Source of the DNA: Lysobacterales bacterium
GTDB taxonomy: Bacteria > Pseudomonadota > Gammaproteobacteria > Xanthomonadales > SZUA-5
Direction: 5' to 3'
Length of the DNA stretch: 64,000 nt
Assembly (NCBI GenBank): GCA_022844165.1
Contig: JALHMH010000001.1
Location: 32,001-96,000 of the forward strand
Shown: piece after piece, positions 57,204 to 64,000 of the stretch
Layout: each line of letters begins with the position of its first letter
Numbering within the stretch: the first letter of the stretch is position 1
The notes under the pieces: generated by a model
The model's database searches: none
Seen by the model: only the letters and a program-made list of their open reading frames with translations
Told to the model about the DNA's origin: nothing
Translations under genes and position numbers: made by a program

Positions 57204-57929
57204 ATGGCAACGGCAGCAATGAAAATCGAGAAGCCGATTCTGCGCTACTCGCTGCAAGCAAGTTTACGGAAGTTGGCGGCCAGCAAGCCGCTGGCGCCAG
57301 AGCCGGTTCACATCGAACGTTTTTTGCAGTTGTGCCATCGGCGTCGCTATCCGTCGAAGGCGCCAATCATTCGTCCGGGGGACGTCGCAAACACGCTGTA
57401 CTACATCATCGACGGGTCGCTGGCCGTGATGAGCGAGGACGAAGAGGGCCGCGAGCTGATTCTGGCGTACGTTAACGAGGGCGATTTCATCGGCGAGATG
57501 GGTTTGTTTATGGAGCCCGAGAAGCGCGAAGTGCTGGTGCGAACTCGAACGCCCTGTGAGCTGGCGGAGATCAGTTACGAGCGATTGTTCCAGTTGTTCG
57601 ACGGTCCGCTCAAAGAAGAGTGTCCGCGCATTTTGTTCTCGATTGCAGCTCAGCTTACGAAGCGCCTGCTCTTGACCTCACGTAAAGTGTCTCGGTTGGC
57701 CTTCATGGATGTCACCAGTCGCGTTGGGCGTACGCTCGTCGACTTGTGTGACGAGCCCGATGCCATGACGCACCCGAAAGGCACGCAAATCCGGATCTCC
57801 CGGCAGGAGATTTCGCGCATCGTCGGTTGTTCGCGAGAGATGGTTGGTCGCGTTCTCAAACAGTTGGAAGAAGACGGCAAGATCAGTGTCAGCGGCAAGA
57901 CCATTGTCGTTTTCGGAACGCGCGGATGA
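57204..57929 (+). CDS. crp: CRP-family global regulator (Clp/Crp)
   Basis: GDFIGEMGLF, LAFMDV..R, DAMTHP.G.QI..SRQEI.RIVGCSREMVGRVLK; divergent from speD. Confidence 0.93.
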   Translation: MATAAMKIEKPILRYSLQASLRKLAASKPLAPEPVHIERFLQLCHRRRYPSKAPIIRPGDVANTLYYIIDGSLAVMSEDEEGRELILAYVNEGDFIGEMGLFMEPEKREVLVRTRTPCELAEISYERLFQLFDGPLKEECPRILFSIAAQLTKRLLLTSRKVSRLAFMDVTSRVGRTLVDLCDEPDAMTHPKGTQIRISRQEISRIVGCSREMVGRVLKQLEEDGKISVSGKTIVVFGTRG

Positions 57930-59032
57930 AGTGGGGCGCCGCAATCGCGCTGCTATTGCTCGTGGTGGTCGGCGTCTCGTTGTGGCGGATGGAAATGCCG
58001 GAGACCTTGGAGCCTGCGGGTCCGGCATCGCTGTCGGCGACCTCTACTGCAGAGCGTGCTGCCGGCGAGTCTGCGCCGGCTGAGCAACCCTCGTCTCTGC
58101 AATCCGTGGTCAGCATCGACTCGCAACCTGCCGGTCATTCGAACGCATTGATGCAGCCCGGCGCATCGCCACCGCCGCCTTTGGGTATCGCGCTTAAAGA
58201 CAGCATTGAGGCGCTTGTTGATCGTATGCGTGCAGGCGACCGTGACGCGACCACGCGGCTGTTGAGCGAATTGACCGATTGTCTTGGTTATCGCAACGCC
58301 AATCGCCAGGTTGATATGGCTCTCGCCATGGAGGAGATGAGTCGCGAGCGGCGTCGTGGCGTTGAGTTCTTGCAGCAAATGATGAATCGAGCCGCCGATA
58401 CGATCGCCGAACTCGACGCACAGTGCCAGGATTTGCCGGACGATTACGACGGTGCGCTGTTGTTCGAAGTGCAGCGTCGGGCCGCGGAGATGGGTGATCT
58501 GGCGGGGCAGCTGGCTTTTCTTGTTGCTCCATCGCTCGATTTGAATCGTGGCATCGAACAACGCGAGCGACTGGAGGTTTTTGCGGAACTTGCGCCGCAC
58601 ATCGCTCAGCGCGCGCTTGAACACGCCAGTGGCCAGGCCGCATTTGCGCTGATGAGTGGTTACGACAACCAACCTGAGCTGTGGCGCAATCGGCGTGGCG
58701 CCCAGAATCGCCCGGAAAACGCTGCGATGCAGCGGGCATTCGCGGCCAGCATGCCCAAGAGTCCGTTGCAGCAGGCGTTGGGCAGCGATGACGCCAGAGC
58801 TTATCAGTACGCGCTGCTGTGCAAACGCGTTTGCAATTTCGTCGATGTCGATATCGCGACGACGACCGCTGCGCGCCTGGAAGGCGGCTTGAGCAGCGAT
58901 GCGCGCACGCTGGCGCGCAACAATGCCGATGAACTATTCGACCGCTATTTCGCAGCGAAACCCAGACCCGACGATATCGATCTGCAAGCGCTGCGCATGG
59001 CGACGTCCGGATTCATCTTTCGACCCAGGTAG
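57926..59032 (+). CDS. Hypothetical protein with N-terminal membrane anchor
   Basis: ATGA-coupled to crp; N-terminal hydrophobic helix, helical body with Cys pairs. Confidence 0.65.
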   Translation: MKWGAAIALLLLVVVGVSLWRMEMPETLEPAGPASLSATSTAERAAGESAPAEQPSSLQSVVSIDSQPAGHSNALMQPGASPPPPLGIALKDSIEALVDRMRAGDRDATTRLLSELTDCLGYRNANRQVDMALAMEEMSRERRRGVEFLQQMMNRAADTIAELDAQCQDLPDDYDGALLFEVQRRAAEMGDLAGQLAFLVAPSLDLNRGIEQRERLEVFAELAPHIAQRALEHASGQAAFALMSGYDNQPELWRNRRGAQNRPENAAMQRAFAASMPKSPLQQALGSDDARAYQYALLCKRVCNFVDVDIATTTAARLEGGLSSDARTLARNNADELFDRYFAAKPRPDDIDLQALRMATSGFIFRPR

Positions 59033-59038
59033 ATGGGG

Positions 59039-60058
59039 CTATCGCCGCGCGAATCGGTAGTGCCCGACCAACCATTGCTCGCCACCGGCATAACCGAAAA
59101 GTTCGGCGCAGGCCAGATAGAACATCCGCCAGCGTTGCAACCATACGGCGGCATTTTTTTCTCCGTAGGTTGCCTTGAACTGCGCGAGGATCGAGTCGCG
59201 GTGTTTGTCCATGTTCTGTAACCAGTGTTCGCTGGTTTGTTGATAATGCCGGCCGTTCACTCTCCATTGCTCTTCAAGCCGCACATCGCGTTGGAAATAC
59301 AGCAGCGTATCGGCAGCCGGCATCAAGCCTCCGGTAAAGAAGTACCGCCCCATCCAGTTGTCCTCGCCTTGCGTCTCGAATGGATACATGAGCTCGCGGT
59401 GGCAGAAGATGTGTACGAAGAGTTTTCCACCGGGCTTGAGCCACGAGGCGATTCGGCCGAGCAGCACCTCGTAATTGCGCATGTGTTCGAACATCTCGAT
59501 TGAGACACAGCGATCGAAGGTATTCGGATCGAGTTTCAGCTCGTTCACATCGCAGGTGATGACGCGGACATTGCTCAGGCCCCGTTCGTTGAGCCGCGCT
59601 TCGATGTGCTCGCGCTGCGGGCGTGAGTTCGAAACGGCTGTGATTTGCGAATTCGGGAAATGTTCGGCCATCCACAAGGTCAACGAGCCCCAGCCGCATC
59701 CAAGCTCCAGAATTTGCTGGCCGTCGGACAATTCCGCCCTCTCGTTATAGAGCGCCAACATTGCCTCTTCGGCCTCGTCCAGCGTTTCTGCGCCGTTTCG
59801 ATAAAAGCAGCTCGAATACTTGAGGCGTTTGCCGAGACAGGCCTGAAAAAAGTCCGGAGGCAATTCGTAGTGTTGTTCGTTGGCAGCGTGCGTCTCGATG
59901 GCAATCGGACTGGCGCGTAAAGCCGCTGTGCGCTCCCGAAACCGTCCGTACCAATCGCCCGCATACTCGCCTCTCAGGCGCGTGGCATTCAGCCGGCGAA
60001 TGCCCACACGGGTCAACGTGTCGGGTATCCAGCCGCGTTCACAAAGATCGATCAGCAT
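59039..60058 (-). CDS. SAM-dependent methyltransferase, cyclopropane-fatty-acid synthase family
   Basis: ANEQHYE, LKYSSC, ILELGCGWGS, SIEMFEHMRN, FFTGG.MP. Confidence 0.9.
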   Translation of the reverse strand: MLIDLCERGWIPDTLTRVGIRRLNATRLRGEYAGDWYGRFRERTAALRASPIAIETHAANEQHYELPPDFFQACLGKRLKYSSCFYRNGAETLDEAEEAMLALYNERAELSDGQQILELGCGWGSLTLWMAEHFPNSQITAVSNSRPQREHIEARLNERGLSNVRVITCDVNELKLDPNTFDRCVSIEMFEHMRNYEVLLGRIASWLKPGGKLFVHIFCHRELMYPFETQGEDNWMGRYFFTGGLMPAADTLLYFQRDVRLEEQWRVNGRHYQQTSEHWLQNMDKHRDSILAQFKATYGEKNAAVWLQRWRMFYLACAELFGYAGGEQWLVGHYRFARR

Positions 60059-60219
60059 CCTGAGTCCCTAAGTTCAAAGTCGCGTTCCTGGTTGGCCGTC
60101 AGACTGCATGGCCGGGCATCAAGAATTTGTAGTTCCTGAGAGCAACGCCGCGATGGGCGATGCCATAGGCCTCGAATGCATCGAGACTTATGCAAGTCAG
60201 TGCGCTTTTCAACACCACA

Positions 60220-61869
60220 CTAGAGCTTTTTGCCGTCGATCCACGTCTCGCGCACGCTCAGGCCGAGCAGGCCACGACCCTTGAGCATGAATGGATCGGT
60301 ATTCACCACGATAAAGTCGGCGCGTTTGCCGGGTTCCAGACTGCCGACTTCGTTTTCCATGAATGCAGCATAGGCCGCGCCCAAGGTAAATCCCGCAAGC
60401 GCCTGAACGAAGGTCATACGTTCGTCGGCGCGCCACCCGCCGGGTGGTTCGCCGGCAGCGTCTTGTCGGGTCACGGCCGCATAGAGTCCGAGTTTCGGAT
60501 CGACCGATTCAACCGGGAAGTCGCTGCCCAGCGCCATCGTCGCGCCGTCCTGCAGCAGGGTCTTCCAGGCATAGGCACCGCGCAATCGATCGGGACCGAC
60601 GCGCGCCAGTGCCCAAGGCATATCGCTGGTTGCATGCGTTGGTTGCATTGACGCGATCACGCCCAGGCGCTTGAAGCGCTTCAGGTCGGCAACATCGACC
60701 ACTTGTGCGTGTTCGACCCGAGGTCGCAGGCGCTCCCGTTGTTCGGCGCTCAGTGCCGCAAATGCATCGAGCACGAGGCGATTGGCGCGATCGCCGATCG
60801 CATGCACGGCCGGTTGGACCTTGCAGGTTGCGGCGCGAGCGATCAGCGACTTGAGGCGATCTTCCGTTTCGATCAATAACCCGCGATTGCCCGGATCGTC
60901 GCTGTAGGCATCTTGCAGCGCTGCACCGCGGCTGCCGAGCGCGCCGTCGGCGTAGAGCTTGACCGCACGCATTGCCAGGCGCCCTGATTCATGTTGATAC
61001 GGTCCTTTTTTGCATAGCTGCGCAAAGGCCGCCTGATCGCCATCGGCCATCGCGTAGATGCGAATCGGCAGTTGCTGACCATTCGCGAACTCGCGCATCA
61101 GCTGAAGATCGTCGAGCGCTACGCCAGCGTCGTGTACACCCGTCAGTCCCAGACTGGCGGCGCGTTCCAGCGCCAGCGTCAGCGCGTTTCGTCGCTGCTC
61201 TTTATTCGGCTTGGGGATCACCTTGTCGACATACGCCATCGCGCTATCGATCAAGATACCGGTTGCCCTGCCCGTACTGTCGCGTACCACCTTGCCACCT
61301 TGCGGGTCGGGGGTTCGGTCGGTAATGCCTGCGGCTCGTAACGCGGCGCTGTTCGCCCACCCGGCATGGCCATCAATGCGTTCAAGCCACACGGGACGAT
61401 CGGAGAAGGTGGCGTCGAGCACTGCCGCATCGGGAAAGCTGGCCTCGGCCCAGTCGTTCTGATCCCAGCCACGCCCGGTTATCCAGCCCTTTGTGCCCAT
61501 CGAACGCGCATGCGCGCGCACCCGCTCAAGCACTTCATCGCGGCTGCGCGTGCCCACCAGGTCAGCCTGTAGCAGCGAATACCCAAGGCTCATCAGATGG
61601 CCATGCGCATCGATCAAGCCGGGTAGAACGGTGCCATCGATGACCTTCTCTACATAGTTGCTGCCGCGTTCATCGAGTTTGGCGCGAACCGCCGCATGTG
61701 TGCCAGTCAGGATCACTCTGCCCTGCGGATCGATGCCCATCGCGTTCACCGCGGGTGCGTCGGCCCGCGGGTAAATGCGCGCGATGACCAGCGTGTCGGC
61801 GCGAGTTGCTTGAGCGGCATGGGAGAAGCCGGCGACGAGCGCCAGCAGTACAGCAACCAAACGGATCAT
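60220..61869 (-). CDS. Secreted amidohydrolase (YtcJ-like, amidohydrolase 3)
   Basis: PGLIDAHGH, DGALGSRGA, HAIGD, RVEHAQ, GSDFPVE, GKRADF. Confidence 0.9.
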   Translation of the reverse strand: MIRLVAVLLALVAGFSHAAQATRADTLVIARIYPRADAPAVNAMGIDPQGRVILTGTHAAVRAKLDERGSNYVEKVIDGTVLPGLIDAHGHLMSLGYSLLQADLVGTRSRDEVLERVRAHARSMGTKGWITGRGWDQNDWAEASFPDAAVLDATFSDRPVWLERIDGHAGWANSAALRAAGITDRTPDPQGGKVVRDSTGRATGILIDSAMAYVDKVIPKPNKEQRRNALTLALERAASLGLTGVHDAGVALDDLQLMREFANGQQLPIRIYAMADGDQAAFAQLCKKGPYQHESGRLAMRAVKLYADGALGSRGAALQDAYSDDPGNRGLLIETEDRLKSLIARAATCKVQPAVHAIGDRANRLVLDAFAALSAEQRERLRPRVEHAQVVDVADLKRFKRLGVIASMQPTHATSDMPWALARVGPDRLRGAYAWKTLLQDGATMALGSDFPVESVDPKLGLYAAVTRQDAAGEPPGGWRADERMTFVQALAGFTLGAAYAAFMENEVGSLEPGKRADFIVVNTDPFMLKGRGLLGLSVRETWIDGKKL

Positions 61870-61955
61870 GGAATTGCCCCGGCAGCGATGCGTATGGACA
61901 GCGAACCGACATCAGAGCCGCTATCCTGCCAGGAATCCTCGCAATTGGAACGACC

Positions 61956-62873
61956 ATGAATCCATCCGTCCGCGAACGCATTGAGAACTTGCTGGGGCAA
62001 AACCGTGTCGTGTTGTTCATGAAGGGCACGCGCAATGCACCCCGTTGTGGATTTTCGGCCACCGTCGCCGGCCATTTGAACGAATTGCTCGATGAATACC
62101 AGACGGTGGACGTGTTGGCCGATGAAGACATCCGTCAGGGCATCAAGGACTATGGCAACTGGCCGACCATTCCGCAGCTGTACGTCGACAAAGAATTGAT
62201 CGGAGGCTCCGATATCGTGTCCGGGATGTACAACTCTGGCGAATTGCACGAGCTGCTCGGTAAGCCCAGGCCCGATCGCACGCCGCCCGACATTGAGATC
62301 ACAGCTTCAGCCGCCGAGGCGATTCGCAATGGAATGGCGGATGAACCCGGTATGGCGCTACATGTGGCGATTGATGGTCGCTGGCAAACGCAATTCATGC
62401 TCAAGCCGGCTGTCGGTCATGAAATCCGGGCGCGCAGCAGCGATATCGATGTGCTCATGGATCTGGCATCGGCGCAACGCGCACGAGGCATGAAGATCGA
62501 CTGGGTCGACAATGCGCGAGGCAGTGGTCTGGCGGTGACACTACCGCTCGCGCCAGCTGGGGTAAAGCCGCTCACCGTTGAACAACTAAAGGAGCGACTT
62601 TCACAAGGCAATATCAGTGTCATTGATGTGCGACCAACCGCAGACCGCGCGCGGGCGCCGTTTCCATCTGCGCGCCCACTCGACGCGGCCAGTCAACGCG
62701 AAATCGAAGGCTGGCCAAAGGAGCAACCCATCGCCTTTTTGTGCCACTTCGGCAACTCTTCCCGCCAGGCAGCAGAGCACTTCAGGGGCTTAGGGTTCAC
62801 GCAGGTGTACAACGTCGAAGGCGGTATCGATGCCTGGTCGCAGCGCATTGATTCTGGTGTGCCGCGGTATTGA
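61956..62873 (+). CDS. grxD: Monothiol glutaredoxin Grx4 fused to IscA-like and rhodanese domains
   Basis: FMKG...PRCGFS, WPTIPQLY, GGSDI; C-terminal CHFGNSS, GGIDAWS. Confidence 0.9.
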   Translation: MNPSVRERIENLLGQNRVVLFMKGTRNAPRCGFSATVAGHLNELLDEYQTVDVLADEDIRQGIKDYGNWPTIPQLYVDKELIGGSDIVSGMYNSGELHELLGKPRPDRTPPDIEITASAAEAIRNGMADEPGMALHVAIDGRWQTQFMLKPAVGHEIRARSSDIDVLMDLASAQRARGMKIDWVDNARGSGLAVTLPLAPAGVKPLTVEQLKERLSQGNISVIDVRPTADRARAPFPSARPLDAASQREIEGWPKEQPIAFLCHFGNSSRQAAEHFRGLGFTQVYNVEGGIDAWSQRIDSGVPRY

Positions 62874-63008
62874 CGTGGTTGCAGGCTGCCAGTGCAGTCC
62901 GCATTTGGCAGCGCATGCACACTTTTGGGGCTCGATGCACGAGCGAACCATCCCTGGTTCGCAGGCTGATTCTGGAAACAGCCTGCGGATGCCCGGCATT
63001 CGCTTCCT

Positions 63009-63494
63009 TTAGAACGGGATATCGTCTTCGAAGTCATCCGGCGGGGGCGCTTCGCGACGCGGTTCCGGTCGCGGCGCAGCGCTTCGCTCCTGGCTCGGCG
63101 CGGCGCGCGGCGCGGCCGGTGCGCTGCGGCGTTCGCCACTCATACCGCCTTCGCCGCCTGAGCCACCCAATAGTTGCATCTCGTTGGCGACGATATCGTA
63201 GGCGATACGTTCAACGCCTTCTTTATCGGTGTATTTGTCGCTACGGATGCTGCCCTCAATGTACACCTGCCTACCTTTCTTGAGGTACTCGCCGGCAATT
63301 TCCGCCAGGCGGCCGAAGAATTTCACGCGGTGCCATTCGGTGCGCTCTTGATTCTCACCGGTTTGTTTATCCTTCCAGCTTTCGCTGGTTGCCACACTGA
63401 TGGAAGTGATTGCTCCGCCGTTGGCTGTATATCGGGTTTCCGGGTCTTTGCCGCAATTGCCTACCAAAATGACTTTGTTGATGCCGCGTGCCAT
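63009..63494 (-). CDS. ssb: Single-stranded DNA-binding protein
   Basis: [21 protein letters not shown], acidic tail DDIPF. Confidence 0.97.
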   Translation of the reverse strand: MARGINKVILVGNCGKDPETRYTANGGAITSISVATSESWKDKQTGENQERTEWHRVKFFGRLAEIAGEYLKKGRQVYIEGSIRSDKYTDKEGVERIAYDIVANEMQLLGGSGGEGGMSGERRSAPAAPRAAPSQERSAAPRPEPRREAPPPDDFEDDIPF

Positions 63495-63619
63495 CGCGAT
63501 CTCCTGAAGTTGCGAAAGTGGCGCAACGATAGCAGCAGCCGGCCCGGCCCGAGGATCAGCGTAACGCGCATGTTGATGTAGGACTTTTCTGACAAGCGGG
63601 CGCTGGCATACTGGCGAAC

Positions 63620-64000
63620 ATGAGTCTGATCGAATTGCCTCCCATATCCGCGCCACGGGTCGATATCGGCGCTGTCCAACGCTTGTGCGCGGCCGATATG
63701 CTGCAGGTCGACGCCGTCATCCGTGGCGAATTGACTTCGGATGTAGCGTTGATCAATCAGATCGGCGAGCACATCGTACGTGCCGGCGGTAAACGCCTGC
63801 GCCCGTTGCTGGTTGTGCTGACATGCCGAGCTTGCGGTGGGAACGATATCGCCACCGCGGCACGGCTCGCCGCCGTCGTCGAGTTCATACACACAGCCAC
63901 GTTGTTGCACGACGATGTGGTCGACGAGTCCGAACTGCGTCGCGGACGAAAAACGGCCAACGCGCTATGGGGAAATGCGGCGAGCGTGCTGGTGGGCGAT
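63620..64000 (+). CDS. ispB: Octaprenyl diphosphate synthase, N-terminal part (truncated by window edge)
   Basis: Translated by hand: [25 protein letters not shown]. Confidence 0.88.
   Translation, partial: MSLIELPPISAPRVDIGAVQRLCAADMLQVDAVIRGELTSDVALINQIGEHIVRAGGKRLRPLLVVLTCRACGGNDIATAARLAAVVEFIHTATLLHDDVVDESELRRGRKTANALWGNAASVLVGD

Noticed and set aside
61956-62873. Grx4-IscA-like-rhodanese triple fusion as a novelty
   Set aside because: This architecture is, to my knowledge, usual in Xanthomonadales.

Overview
GC-rich gammaproteobacterial chromosome segment, most likely Xanthomonadales/Lysobacterales. This is inferred from murL, a fused aspartate kinase/DAP decarboxylase, a speD-clp pair, the Grx4-rhodanese fusion and an IPTL-CTERM protein. 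Housekeeping genes occupy about 1-25.9 kb and 56.1-64 kb. Between them lies a ~30 kb accessory block (25935-56071) that is bracketed by gas vesicle genes: a lone gvpL/F on the left and an 11-gene gvpA-led operon on the right. The block encloses (i) a tightly coupled 12-gene operon: PAS-GGDEF*-EAL, two giant proteins that appear to be tandem phycobiliprotein-like globin repeats, a 2Fe-2S ferredoxin, two V4R proteins, a repeat coiled-coil protein, a single-domain phycobiliprotein-like globin, a Ser/Thr kinase, an unknown protein, a Cys-phosphatase, a PcyA-like bilin reductase and an FAD reductase; and (ii) a heme oxygenase / LuxR regulator / degenerate-phytochrome hybrid kinase operon transcribed divergently from gvpA. 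The globin/V4R/ferredoxin/bilin-reductase core resembles, from recollection, the pre-PcyA/BBAG clusters and the Synechocystis slr0144-slr0152 operon. Its physical integration with gas vesicle genes, the multi-globin giants and the chromophore-less phytochrome are the candidate new system: bilin-linked control of flotation in a heterotroph. All family calls come from motif recognition by eye; no searches were run. No tRNA, rRNA, CRISPR array, integrase or transposase was seen.
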